NCBI GenBank assembly: GCA_963796285.1
Contig: CAWCKW010000012.1
Span: 1,472,001 to 1,536,000 of the forward strand
Direction of reading: 5' to 3'
Length of the DNA stretch: 64,000 bases
Source: Nitrospirota bacterium
Lineage (GTDB): Bacteria; Nitrospirota; UBA9217
Below, piece by piece: positions 19,866 to 31,452 of this stretch. How positions within the stretch are numbered: position 1 is the stretch's first letter; every line of letters starts with the position of its first letter. A program made the position numbers and the translations under genes. A model generated the notes under the pieces. It did not search any database, was not told the origin of the DNA, and saw only the letters and a program-made list of their open reading frames with translations.

Positions 19866-20836
19866 AAAAAAAGAGGACTGCCTTTCTTTTCTGTATTCAG
19901 GGTAGTTCCCGCAGTATAATTCGGCCCTGATGTATCAAGCTAACAGTGTCTCCAAACATGGTAACTGCCGACTATCGGAGGTCGTGCCGCATATAAACTT
20001 ATATAGAACGATCTCAATGTCGTGGATCATTGGAAGAGCCCGTTATATGAACCAAGGCTTTTTTTTACTTTTCAAGCAGCTCTATAATGAACGTCGCTAT
20101 TTCACCTCGTTGTTGTCCGGAAAACGAATGTATTTCCAAGCACTGGTTCGGACATAAAATTATAGGGATTGCCAATTAGTATAAGTTCAAGCGGATCCTC
20201 ACGCAAGTCATTGTTTAATTTTAAGATAATTAAAAAAAGCATTAAACAAAAACGTATTGTTATTATAAGTTTTCGTCATAGTGAAGTCAATAATTAATAG
20301 TTGAATTGCAAGGTATTTTCAGTCAAAACGATAAAATTACAGTTTGCGTTTATCTCTGCTGAAAACAATCATGTATGAAATTATCTGCCTTCAGCTGAAT
20401 ATGCGGCCTTATCACCGCGTTGTTCCGCTCTGGTCGACTGCACAGGCGTGCCAGCTGACTGACAAGAAAGAGTACGGCCAAGAATGCTGAGATTCTTATC
20501 GAATACCCGTCCTTTTTTATATTCGTAATATATATAGAAGCACCCTTGAAGTAAAGGGAATATTCACCGTGTTCGCTCTCGTGTTGAGTAAATCAGATAG
20601 GATGAAGCTTTCAACGATCCGTTATGCTGTCTAACAAATAACTTCAACGCGGTTTTGTAATAGCAGGTCGGGAGAGAAGACTGGTTGTCACAGCATGTGG
20701 GCCTGGATGATCGGTCACCGTACTGGGGGAATTCATGCTAATCATAGGCGTTTTTTGTTGCAACTTTCGTTAGATCCGGCATTTAGTGCAGCAGCGATGC
20801 GACCAGCGTTGTCCAGATATTGTTTTAGACATGGAA

Positions 20837-21724
20837 TTATTGCAGCGTGATAAGATAGTCCAACAGTTTTTTTCTCGTCCCTTCGTCCTCCTGTGCCTTT
20901 ACGTGGCCGGGGACTGCGATCTCCCAGATATCCTTGGGCGATAGCGCAGCATCATATAACATGCGGCTGTGATGCCCGGGAACGATATCATCATGCTTCC
21001 CATAGATGATGACGACCGGGACAGGCGCAACTCTCTTTATAAATTTTATTGGGCTGAAATCATCGTTGATCAGCCAGGACAACGGATACTGAAACGGCCA
21101 GCCGATCACGGAACCTGCTATTTTCTCTCGGGCTATCCCGCGATAGCTCGAGAACGGGCTGTCCAGAATAAGCGCCTTGACCCGGTTTTTATACGGCGAG
21201 TTGGCCACGGTGTAAACAGCCACAGCACCGCCAAGGCTCTTGCCGAAAACCACGATATTATCACGCTTAGCGCGCGGCAGGGTAAATAGGAGTGTTTCAA
21301 GCGCCGCCTCGGCATCCCGGTTGATCCCCTGGACATCCGGCCGGCCTTCCGACCGACCGTAGCCGCGATAATCGAAGATAAAGAGATTGTAGCCCGCATC
21401 GATCAGCCATAAGTCAAGCAGCACATGGGTGCTGAGGTTCTCCACATTGCCATGGCAGATGAGGATGGTACCGCGCTCTTCCTTTGCCCTGAAATACCAT
21501 CCATGCAGGGTCAGTCCATCGGAAGACATAAAGTAAACGTCCGTTGGTGAACGCTTTTGCACCTCGGGGCTGTCCACCAGCTGTTTCGATGGCTTGAAAA
21601 AAAGATGCGTGCAGCCGGGGAAAAGAATTACGGTTATGATGAGAACGAAGGGCAAGGCGGACAGAGAAAAAAGTGACTGGATGCGAATGAACAGTAAAAT
21701 AACGAATGACTGAAACGACCTCAT
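20837..21724 (-). CDS. Alpha/beta hydrolase lipoprotein
   Basis: CHGN, DYRGYG.SEG, GKSLGG nucleophile elbow, lipobox-like FPGC. Confidence 0.88.
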   Translation of the reverse strand: MRSFQSFVILLFIRIQSLFSLSALPFVLIITVILFPGCTHLFFKPSKQLVDSPEVQKRSPTDVYFMSSDGLTLHGWYFRAKEERGTILICHGNVENLSTHVLLDLWLIDAGYNLFIFDYRGYGRSEGRPDVQGINRDAEAALETLLFTLPRAKRDNIVVFGKSLGGAVAVYTVANSPYKNRVKALILDSPFSSYRGIAREKIAGSVIGWPFQYPLSWLINDDFSPIKFIKRVAPVPVVIIYGKHDDIVPGHHSRMLYDAALSPKDIWEIAVPGHVKAQEDEGTRKKLLDYLITLQ

Positions 21725-21823
21725 GAATTTATTTGTAGCATGTTCACGACAGGGCTGTCAACGGATTTCCGCATAATCCGCTTGCATTGTTTTGCAACAG
21801 GTATTAAAATCCACACTCCATCT

Positions 21824-22879
21824 ATGAATAATTCTTCTCACCAGAGCATCGACCTCAAAGGTCTCACCCCTCGCGAAATCGACCGGTTTTGTACTGAACG
21901 GCTGGGCCAGAAACCCGGCCAGGGGACCCGCGCAGCAGTATGGCTTTACCGCAGGAAGGTCGAAGATATCGATGCCATGGCCGACTTGAACAAGCCGTTC
22001 CGCGACCAGTTGAAGCGGCATGTTTCTATCTCGCAGCTTACCCTTGTGCAGCGCATTACGTCTGAGGACGGAACCGAGAAACTGCTCTATCGACTGGATG
22101 ATGGGAACACTATCGAGGGCGTGCTCATCCCCGGCCCGGGGGGACGGCTCACGCTCTGCGTCTCCTCGCAGGTCGGTTGCGCGTCGGGCTGCGGCTTCTG
22201 CCTCACCGGATCGGGCGGGCTGGTGCGGAACCTCACTGTTTCGGAGATCGTGAACCAGGTCTTCGCGGCGCGGAAGGTCGTGGGCGAAAAGAACATCTCG
22301 AATCTTGTCCTGATGGGCATGGGCGAGCCGCTCAGTAATTACACCGCCGTTAGATCTTTCATCGAGATCGTTACGGACCGGAACGGGATGGATTTCTCGC
22401 CCAGGAAAGTAACGCTCTCGACGTGCGGACTCGCTCCGATGATAGAGAAACTCGCGGATGACGGTGTGGACGTGAGCCTTGCCGTGTCACTGAATGCGAC
22501 CACGGACGAGGTGAGGGGTGCGATGATGCCGGTGAATAAAACGTATCCTATCGCGCGGCTGATGGAGGCAGTGCGGTATTACTGTGAAAAGACCGGAAGG
22601 ACCGTGACGATCGAGTATGTGCTCTTCAAGGGAGTAAATGATTCGTATGATGATGTGAAGCGGCTTATGGAGTTGCTCCAGGACCTGCACTGCATGATCA
22701 ATATCCTGCTCTTCAACCCCTTCCCCGGCTCGTCTTTTGACCGCCCCGATGAGCAGCGGGCCTTCGTGTTCAGGGACATCCTCGTGACCAACGGCTACGT
22801 AACCGTGGTCAGGAACAGCCGTGGCCGCGACATCCATGCCGCCTGCGGCCAGCTGAGGGCGGCAACAGCTCCTATCTGA
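21824..22879 (+). CDS. rlmN: Dual-specificity 23S rRNA/tRNA methyltransferase RlmN
   Basis: TLCVSSQVGCASGCGFC, MGMGEP, DIHAACGQL. Start estimated at ATG 21824. Confidence 0.93.
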   Translation: MNNSSHQSIDLKGLTPREIDRFCTERLGQKPGQGTRAAVWLYRRKVEDIDAMADLNKPFRDQLKRHVSISQLTLVQRITSEDGTEKLLYRLDDGNTIEGVLIPGPGGRLTLCVSSQVGCASGCGFCLTGSGGLVRNLTVSEIVNQVFAARKVVGEKNISNLVLMGMGEPLSNYTAVRSFIEIVTDRNGMDFSPRKVTLSTCGLAPMIEKLADDGVDVSLAVSLNATTDEVRGAMMPVNKTYPIARLMEAVRYYCEKTGRTVTIEYVLFKGVNDSYDDVKRLMELLQDLHCMINILLFNPFPGSSFDRPDEQRAFVFRDILVTNGYVTVVRNSRGRDIHAACGQLRAATAPI

Positions 22880-22887
22880 TTCATAGT

Positions 22888-22994
22888 GCGGCCTGTGGCC
22901 GCAACCAATCCCCCCTCACCTCGATCCTCTCCCTCGTTGGGGAGAGGATGTAAACCTCCCTCGCCCCTTGCGGGAGAGGGCTGGGGTGAGAGGT
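22888..22994. repeat. GC-rich nested palindromic intergenic element between convergent rlmN and rluD
   Basis: GCGGCC-tgt-GGCCGC hairpin, ATCCTCTCCC-tcgttg-GGGAGAGGAT hairpin (22924-22949), outer CTCACC/GGTGAG pairing. Confidence 0.7.
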
Positions 22995-23060
22995 CTATTC
23001 AAGGGCAATCATTCGCGAGGAACGCAGGTTTTGAAGAAAAATAACATTTCACTTTGATTC

Positions 23061-24026
23061 TCAGCGCGATTTCTCATTCTGCTTCATCTGCCGCAACTTA
23101 TCAATGATCTCGGCCATGTCCGCGGGCAACGGCGCCGTAAATGACAGGGGCTTTCCCGTAGCCGGATGGAGGAACGAAAGCGTCTCGGCGTGAAGCATCT
23201 GGCGGGTGATGATGCGTTCCCCGAATTGGGTCGATTTCCCGCCGCCGTACACGCGGTCACCGAGCACGGGATGGCCGATATGCGCCATGTGCACGCGGAT
23301 CTGGTGCGTGCGGCCGGTCTTGATCTCCACCTCCACGAGTGTCGCGTTTTTGTACCGCTCCTTCACCGTAAAGATCGTGACGGCCTCGCGGGCATGGTGC
23401 GTGTGGGTGCTGATCTTCTTGCGCTCCTTCACGTGGCGGCCAAGGCCGACATCGATCGTTCCCGAACCTTTCTTGATCACACCCGCAACCAGTGCGACGT
23501 AGCGCTTCTTGACCACACGGTTCTTGAACTGCATGGTCAACGAGCGGAGCGCCTCCTGCGTCCGGGCCACGACCATCACGCCTGAGGTGTCCTTGTCCAG
23601 GCGATGCACAATGCCCGCGCGTTCGCGTGCTCCCTCCGCCGCACCCTCGTTTCGTGGCAACAGGCTGCCGTAGTGATACAAAAGCGCATTCACGAGCGTG
23701 CCCGTGTAGTTGCCCGGCGCGGGATGCACAACAAGCCCCGGCGGTTTGTTCACCACGATGATATGAAGGTCCTCGCAAATAACGGAAAGCGAAATGGGCT
23801 CGGGCAGGACCTCATGAACTATTCTTTCAGGCAGCTCGAGCGTGACCTGTTCTCCAATCTTTACCTTATACCCTGGTTTTTCCATCTTGCCGTTGACGAG
23901 CGCACGGCCGCTTTTGATCAATGTCTGGATGCGGTTGCGGGAGAGATGGTGCTCGTAGTGCGCTATGAAGATATCAAGGCGCTTGCTGACGTGATTTTCG
24001 GTGACAATGTGGGTTATGATCGGCAT
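23061..24026 (-). CDS. rluD: RluA/RluD family 23S rRNA pseudouridine synthase
   Basis: S4 domain, VNKPPGLVVHP, HRLDKDTSG, TGRTHQIRVH. Confidence 0.93.
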   Translation of the reverse strand: MPIITHIVTENHVSKRLDIFIAHYEHHLSRNRIQTLIKSGRALVNGKMEKPGYKVKIGEQVTLELPERIVHEVLPEPISLSVICEDLHIIVVNKPPGLVVHPAPGNYTGTLVNALLYHYGSLLPRNEGAAEGARERAGIVHRLDKDTSGVMVVARTQEALRSLTMQFKNRVVKKRYVALVAGVIKKGSGTIDVGLGRHVKERKKISTHTHHAREAVTIFTVKERYKNATLVEVEIKTGRTHQIRVHMAHIGHPVLGDRVYGGGKSTQFGERIITRQMLHAETLSFLHPATGKPLSFTAPLPADMAEIIDKLRQMKQNEKSR

Positions 24027-24036
24027 GTTTCAAGGA

Positions 24037-24145
24037 AAAGCTCAAATGACAAAATCCAAAGCCCATATCTGGTTCATATCACGGAACAACTCATATGCAT
24101 AGTTTGATATTTACGTTTTGAAGTCTATTTATGCTTTGAGCTTTG
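24037..24145. repeat. Degenerate inverted heptamer array (CAAA-type / TTTG-type) at the rluD-lgt junction
   Basis: aaagctcaaatgacaaaatccaaa versus tttgatatttacgttttgaagt...tttgagcttt; AAAGCTCAAA/TTTGAGCTTT is a perfect 10-bp inverted pair. Confidence 0.55.
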
Positions 24146-24952
24146 TTGATCGGCACCGGCTCTCGTTGTCTTCCCGAGTCTCCAGAGCATGAATATTGAG
24201 AAACCGAACATGAATACCGCGATGACCTGAGATGTCGAGACCAGGCCTCCGAAGTACAGACCGCGGATCGCGTCGCCACGGAAGAACTCAATGATGAACC
24301 GCAGGACCGAATAGAAGAGCGGGTAGAACCAGAAGAGCTGGCCGTCGAACTTCTTGGAGCGCCGAAGAAGAATGAGCACACTGAAGATCAGGAACTCTCC
24401 GCCCGACTCCATGAGCTGTGTCGGGAAGAGCGGCACACCCAGGGGCGCAAGGGAGTGCGAATCATGGTAGGTCACGGAGATCGGTCCGCTGCACGAGGAA
24501 CCATAGCAACACCCGGCAAAAAAACAGCCGAGCCTGCCGAAGGCGTGTCCAAGTGCGATGTAAGGGGCCATGATGTCCGCTGTCTTCCAGACCGGCAGGT
24601 TGTGCTTCCGCACGTACCATATGCCGACGGGGACCGCGGCAAGAAGCCCGCCATAGAACACGAGCCCGCCTTTCCAGATCGCAAAGGCGTCAAGCGGGTG
24701 CGCCGTGAACTCCTGCAGCGTTGTCAATACATAGAGGATACGTGAACCAACGATGGCCGCGAGGAGCAGGTAGACGCCCATATCGAGAATCCGGTCCGGG
24801 TCCATGCCCTCTTTCTTGGCGCGCCGCGACGCCAGGTACATGGCCAGGAGGAATCCGATTCCGATCATAAGGCCGTACATCCTGATCGGGATCGGTCCGA
24901 ACGTCCAGTTTCCGATCGTGATCGAGGGTATTTCGAACAAAATAGGATGCAT
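24125..24952 (-). CDS. lgt: Prolipoprotein diacylglyceryl transferase
   Basis: IRMYG, GGLVFYGG, GRLGCFFAGCCYG, PTQLME, RFIIEFFR. Confidence 0.95.
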   Translation of the reverse strand: MHPILFEIPSITIGNWTFGPIPIRMYGLMIGIGFLLAMYLASRRAKKEGMDPDRILDMGVYLLLAAIVGSRILYVLTTLQEFTAHPLDAFAIWKGGLVFYGGLLAAVPVGIWYVRKHNLPVWKTADIMAPYIALGHAFGRLGCFFAGCCYGSSCSGPISVTYHDSHSLAPLGVPLFPTQLMESGGEFLIFSVLILLRRSKKFDGQLFWFYPLFYSVLRFIIEFFRGDAIRGLYFGGLVSTSQVIAVFMFGFSIFMLWRLGKTTRAGADQQSSKHK

Positions 24953-25188
24953 GATGGGCCTTTCTATATAATGTCAACGTCTAGGGTCCAATAGATCAAA
25001 GCGCAACGGTCTAGATATTGATCAAACCGGATAAAATCCGCCGCTAAGGTGCTGAGAGACAGAGGATAACACGGCAAAATCAGCGGGTTTTTTTCTTGAG
25101 CCTCTGTTTATGGCCGCGCTTACGCAAGTGCAGGCTACGTCTCTGCGGTTAAAATATGCCCATTTACGAAGCCATCAAATAGTTATCT

Positions 25189-25683
25189 TTAAGAGGATGG
25201 TGCTGGAGATTTGGCGTTTGCCCCAAACAGCATCTCGAATGCCAGCAGCACCACACCGATCGAGATGGCCGAGTCCGCAACGTTGAACGACGGCCAATAA
25301 TACGATTTTACGTACCACTGAATAAAGTCCACCACTTCACCATACCGGATGCGGTCGACCACATTGCCTATTGCCCCACCCGCAATGAGTGAAAATGCGT
25401 ACACCAGGAGGCGGTCATGAGTTTTTATGATGAGCGCGCTGATCGCGGCCACCGCAACCAGCGTGACCGTGATGAAGAACGCGCTCCTCCAGAACTCCGG
25501 CAGAGTGGAAAGAATGCCAAAGGCCGCGCCTTTGTTCCGTACATGGGTGATGTTGAAGAAGCCGGGAACAACAGGAATGCTGTCATTGAGCCGTACGTGC
25601 GTTTGAATGACATATTTAGTGATCTGGTCGAGGACCAGCACGATACCGACGATCGATCCGACCTTGAGATATTTGTTTTTCAT
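25189..25683 (-). CDS. lspA: Signal peptidase II
   Basis: DQITK, NKGAAFG, GAIGNVVDR, VVDFI, FNVAD. Confidence 0.96.
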   Translation of the reverse strand: MKNKYLKVGSIVGIVLVLDQITKYVIQTHVRLNDSIPVVPGFFNITHVRNKGAAFGILSTLPEFWRSAFFITVTLVAVAAISALIIKTHDRLLVYAFSLIAGGAIGNVVDRIRYGEVVDFIQWYVKSYYWPSFNVADSAISIGVVLLAFEMLFGANAKSPAPSS

Positions 25684-25783
25684 AGCACCCTTACCGGAAA
25701 AACAAAACCGTGGATCCGATAAACATTCGGGACTGACAGTTCTTTATCTCCAATATCTCCGCAATCGATCCGAATCGAACTTG

Positions 25784-28574
25784 TTACAGATTGCCCGCGC
25801 ACCTGCCGCAGATCTCAGGATGTTCCTTCACCGTCCCCACGGTCTCACTGTACATCCAGCAGCGGCCGCACTTCACTCCCGTGGCCGGACCGGCCGCGAT
25901 CTTGAGCCCTTGTATCACATCGCTCGTGTAAGCATCTGCGGGCGCTTCAGCTTCTTTTGCCAGAGACACGGACGAGACGATAAAGATGAAGGCCAGGTCT
26001 TTTTTATAATTGTTCAGAAGCTCGATACAGTTCCGGCGCGGCATAGAGCGTCACGGCCGCGTCGAGTGAATGGCCGATCTTCTTGTCCCGGCGGAGCCCT
26101 TCGAGCACCTTCGCTGCCTCGCCGCGCACCGCGAGGATCCTGTCCCACCGTGCATCAAGCGCATCATCGAGGTACTGTCGTCTTCCACCTTCGGGAAATC
26201 AGCCAGGAATACGCTCTTGTGCTGCCGCGCTCTCCTTCATATAGCCCCAGACCTCGTCCGCGGTGAACGACAGCACCGGCGCCATGAGTCGGATCATCGC
26301 GGAGAGGATCGCATGCATGGTGGTCTGGCCCGACCGCCGTTCAATCGAGGTGGTCTTAGCGGTATAGAGCCGGTCTTTCAGGATGTCGAGGTAGAACGCG
26401 CTCATGTCAACAGCGCAAAAATTGTGAAGCGAGTGGAACACAACATGGAACTCGAATTCATCATAGGCCTTCTCCACGCGCTGGACCAGCTTCTGCAGCC
26501 GATGCATTGCCCAGCGATCGATCTCAAGCAGGTCCTTGTCCGCGACCCTGTCCTTTTCAGGATCAAAGTCAGAGAGATTGCCGAGGAGATAGCGGCTGGT
26601 GTTCCTGATCCTGCGGTAGGCCTCCGCCAGATGGGTCAGGATCTCCGGCGAGATGCGGACATCGTCGCGATAGTCCGCTGCCGAGACCCAGAGCCGGAGC
26701 ACCTCCGCGCCGTACTTGTCGATCACTTCCTGCGGAGCGACCACGTTGCCCGCCGACTTGCTCATTTTCTTGCCTGAGCCGTCCACGGTGAATCCGTGCG
26801 TCAGAACCGTCCGGTAGGGCGCCTGGCCGGTGGTCCCCACGGAGGTAAGGAGCGAGGACTGGAACCACCCGCGGTGCTGGTCGCTGCCTTCAAGGTACAG
26901 GTCCGCGGGCCAGGAGAGTTCCGGCCGCTGTTTGAGGACCGCGGCGTGGCTCACGCCGGAATCGAACCACACATCAAGGATGTCCATCTCCTTCTCGAAG
27001 TCCTGCTTCCCGCACTTTTTGCATGACGTTCCGGACGGCAGCAGTTCAGCAGACGGACCTGGTGAACCAGATATCAGCGCCTTCTTTTTCAACGATCGTC
27101 AGCCACATGGTCGATGATCGACTTGTCCAGGAGCAGTTGGCCGCAGTCCTTGCAGGTGAACGCGACAATGGACACGCCCCATGCCCGCTGGCGCGAGATG
27201 CACCAGTCGGGCCGTTTCTCGACCATGGAGAGGAACCGGTCCTTGCCCCATCCCGGGACCCAGGTGACCTTGTGGACGTTCTCCACGGTCTTTTTGAGCA
27301 GGTCATTGTTCTTCATGGAGATGAACCACTGCTCGGTGGCGCGGAAGATGACGGGGTTCTTGCACCGCCAGCAATGGGGATAGGAGTGGATTATTTTTTC
27401 TTCGGCAAGGAGCGCGTTCTTTTCTTTCAGAAGATTGATGATGCCCTTGTTCGCCTTGTGCACGTTCTCGCCGGCGAACTGGCCGGCCTCTTTTGTGAAC
27501 CTGGCTTTATGATCGACGGGCGCATACACGTCAAGACCGTACCGGATGCCGGCCTCGTAATCCTCCTGGCCGTGGCCCGGAGCGGTATGCACAACGCCGG
27601 TGCCTGCCTCGAGCGTGACGTGCTCTCCGAGGATGACCTGGGAATCCCGGTCAATGAACGGGTGGCGCGCCTTGAGGCCTTCGAGTTTCTTGCCTTTGAA
27701 CTTCTCGATGACCTTGTGCTCCGTTCATCCCGAACTTCTGGAGCGACTGGGCGAGGAGCGCCTCGGCAACGATGATGACCGAGTTGGAACCGATGTCAAC
27801 GGCAACATAGTCGAACTCCGGATGAAGCGCCACGGCAAGGTTCGAGACGAGCGTCCAGGGCGTGGTGGTCCAGATCACGACAGCGACATTCTTTCCCGCG
27901 AGCGACGGCAATGCCTTTGCCGCATCGGGAAGCGCGAACCGGACCGAGATGGAGGGCGATTCATGGTCCGCATACTCCACCTCCGCCTCGGCAAGGGCTG
28001 TCTCGCAGGACCCGCACCAGTACACGGGCTTCTTCCCTTTATACACGCCGCCGGCACCCACGAACTTTCCGAGTTCCCGCACGATCGCGGCCTCATAGGC
28101 GTAGTTCATCGTGAGGTAGGGATTGTCCCAGTCGCCGAACACGCCGAGCCGCTTGAACTCCTCGCGCTGGATATCGATGAACTTCCCGGCATACTCGCGG
28201 CAAAGCTTCCGGATCTCGGCCTTGCTCATGCCCTCTTTTTTCGGGCCGAGGTTCTTGAGCACCTGGTGCTCGATGGGAAGGCCGTGGCAGTCCCAGCCCG
28301 GTACATAAGGAGAGGAGAACCCCTGCATGGACTTGTACTTGACGATGATGTCCTTCAGGATCTTGTTCAGCGCATGGCCGATATGGATATGCCCGTTCGC
28401 GTACGGAGGCCCGTCATGCAGGATGTAGGTCTTCTTCCCCTTGTTCCGCTCCTGGATCTGATCATAGGTCCCCTGCTCTTTCCAGCGCAGGATCGTCCGC
28501 GGCTCCAGGTCCTTCAGATTTGCCTTCATGGGAAAGTCGGTTTTCGGCAGATTGAGCGTTGTCTTATAATCCAT
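25784..28574 (-). CDS. ileS: Isoleucine--tRNA ligase, split by several frameshifts (probably sequencing errors)
   Basis: HIGH motif (GHIHIGH), [28 protein letters not shown] and a C-terminal Zn finger, spread over at least 4 ORF pieces. Confidence 0.93.
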
Positions 28575-28590
28575 ACCTGTTTTTCCTCTC

Positions 28591-28626
28591 CAATCCGCAC
28601 ATCCGAAATCCGCAATCCGAAATTCT
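28591..28626. repeat. Heptamer tandem array (MAATCCG), 4-5 units, between PBP1A and ileS
   Basis: caatccg cacatccg aaatccg caatccg aaattct. Confidence 0.75.
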
Positions 28627-28636
28627 GGATTCCATG

Positions 28637-31123
28637 TTAATCCGTTATCTCTTCAGGGTTGATTTTCGTCTTCGGCGCTTCTCCCCCGCCGCCCTGGTCA
28701 AGGCTGAAGAAATCCGTCTTCGATTTCTTTACCGAATCAGCGTACTGCGTCGGTTCTGTTCCCCTGCGGAACACATCAGTGATAGACTTCCGCTGCGCCC
28801 TCCCGCGCTAGCAGTCCGCTCTCGGGATCGATCTTCACGAACACCACGTCATCGGTGCGCATTGAAATCCTCGGCAGGCTTGTCCGCAAGCGCCTTTGCC
28901 ATGACGTTGATCCAGATCGGGAGCGCGGCGCGCGCGCCGGTCTCTTTGTCGCCGAGCGAGGCCTGCGAATTATCATATCCCACCCACACGCCCGTCACCA
29001 TGCTCGGAGCATAGCCCACGAACCAGGCGTCGACATAATTGTTCGTGGTGCCGGTCTTGCCCGCCAGGGGTTTTCCGAGGACCTGGGCGCCCCTGCCCGT
29101 GCCTTCCTCCACCACGCTCTTGAGCAGGCTCGTAACGAGATAGGCCGTGGTCGGGTCTATGGCCTCTTTGGGCTGGGGCTGATAGCTCTCGAGTTCCACG
29201 CCGTTGCCGTCAACGATGCTCTTGATGATGATGGGCTCGGTGCGTATCCCCTGCGATGCGAAGGTCGCGTACGCCGAGGTGAGTTCGAGCGGCGTCACCG
29301 CCGACGAGCCGAGGGCCGTTGTGTAATCATAGCTGATCGGGCTCGTGATCCCGGCCTTACGGGCGAAATCAATGGTCTTGTCCAGACCGATCTTCTCGAG
29401 CAGTCCGACCGTGACGGCATTTCGCGAAAGTGCCAGCGCTGTTCGCAAACGCATGGGGCCGAGGAACCGCTCGTCGTAATTCGTCGGTTTCCAACCCTTT
29501 TTATCGTACTCGTCCTTCTCGTGGATTACCGGCAGGTCCATGAGGATGGAGGCCGGGGTGAAGCCGTTCTCGAGCGCCGCGCCGTAGATAAAGGGCTTGA
29601 ACGACGACCCGGGCTGGCGTTTGGCATCAAGTGGCGTGGTTGAAATCCGCCTTCGACAAAGTCATAGCCGCCGACCAGGGCGCGCACATATCCGGTATAG
29701 GGTTCGATCGACACGACCGCGCCCTCAACCAGCGGCGTCTGCTCCAGGATGAACGAGGCAAGTTGCTTCTTCTTGTCGTAATCCTTCAATCGAACCTTGA
29801 TGATATCGCCCGGCTTGAACGATGTTCGGCTGGTTTCTTGAACTCGTTGGGAGTCGTCCTTTGCCTTCTTGGGCTTGATGAGCGCCCAGGCCATGTCGTC
29901 CTGCATAATGTAGCCCATCATGCCGCGGCCCTTGACCGTGATATAGGAGTCGTCGACCGCGAGCACATGGGCGTTGAATGACTTCTCCGGGCTTCACCAT
30001 GACGTGGAGCGAGCCCCACTGGATCGGCGCGGATTTGAGCTGCTTGAACCCGACGCGGCCGCGAAAACCCTGCCGCTTGTCGAGCGCGCGCAGCCCCTCT
30101 TTGAGCGCCATATCCGCGGTGCGCTGGATATCGAGGTCAATGGTGGTGTAGACCTTGAGCCCTCCCTGGTACAGCTTGTCAGGCCCGTACTTTTTCTCGA
30201 TGTATTTTCGAATATAATCGACGATGAACGGCGCGACCTCTTCCTGGGTCCGCAAATTCTCGAGGTTGAGCGGCTGGTCGTAGATCTTTTTGCTCTGCTC
30301 CTCGGTGAGATATCCCTCCGCCACCATCCGCTTAAGCACATGCCACTGCCGCAGCTTGGTCAGGTCAATATCGCTGTAAGGCGAATACGCCGTGGGCGAC
30401 TTGGGGAGTCCGGCCAGGAGCGCTGCCTCAGCCTGGTTGACCTCCCAGATGTTCTTGCCAAAATAGGTCTTGGACGCCATCTGCACGCCATAGGCGCCGT
30501 GGCCGAAGTAGACCTTGTTCAAATAGAGCTCGAGGATCTCTTCCTTCGTCAACTCCTTCTCGAGCCTGCGCGCCAGGATGATCTCCTTGATCTTGCGTGT
30601 GATCTTCCGCTCCGGCGAAAGGAACACCACCTTCGTGAGCTGCTGCGTGATGGTGCTGCCGCCCTGCGCCACGCGGACCGCGATAATGTTCTTGAGCGCG
30701 GCCCGTCAGTATTCCGCGGTAGTCGATACCCGTATGTTGGAAGAAGCGCGGGTCTTCGGTCGCCAGGAGCGCGTTCACCATGTACTTCGGGATGCGCCTG
30801 AACGGAACGTAAATGCCTTTCTCGATCTTGATCTGTCCCAGCACCCTGCCGTCCTCGGCAAGGATCATCGTACCCGGGCTCGGCTTATAGTCCTTGAGCG
30901 ATTCCACGGTCGGCAGGCCGAAGGAAAGAATGAAGAACAGGAATGCGACGGAGATAACACCGGCTGCAAAAGCGATCACCAGGAGCTTCAATGCCTTCTT
31001 GGGGGTGAGGGCCTTGAGCCACGGCACCGCGATCGTGAACCAGAAGACCTTGAACTTCTCCCAGGCAAAACCGGTCACGTTCTTGAGACGCTCAAGGATT
31101 GCTGTTAAACCTTTTTTTATCAT
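28637..31123 (-). CDS. mrcA: Class A penicillin-binding protein 1A, frameshifted into several pieces
   Basis: Transglycosylase motifs [29 protein letters not shown]; transpeptidase motifs SRN and KTGT; stop TAA at 28637. Confidence 0.9.
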
Positions 31124-31452
31124 ACGGGTATTGATAACCTCAGGATATTCCGTTTGTTTTAGGCAGTATCGAAAATAATAACATCACGGGGGGATAAAAT
31201 CAAACGAAAAGTGTATTAATGTGCCATGTAAGGTACAATTCGATGTGGAAGAAATCCCTGATAACAGGCGATCGATCATTCCCGAGCACGCCTACCCATG
31301 CTCGAAATAAGCCCGACCATGCATACCGGCGCCAATAATCACATCGTTGCAAAAGACGCCAGGATATTCAAAACAGATCAGCGGGAAAGGCGCTCAAAAG
31401 ACGGACCCCTGTCGTTTGGCTGTCCATCATCCTCGGTCCTTACATTTTCTCC

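Noticed and set aside
19955-20060. c-di-GMP-I riboswitch upstream of the EPS operon
   Set aside because: Only a 3'-like gatagtcggcagttacc is present on the minus strand; the GGCAAA...GAAA...GACGCAAAG core is absent.
20629-20775. Integron attC-like site (GTCTAAC ... GTTAGAT, 147 bp)
   Set aside because: The R boxes fit, but L-box spacing and extrahelical base are wrong, the centre does not pair, and there is no integrase or cassette ORF.
25784-31123. Programmed ribosomal frameshifting or true pseudogenes in ileS and mrcA
   Set aside because: Multiple scattered shifts without a shared slippery motif in essential genes; sequencing error is more parsimonious.
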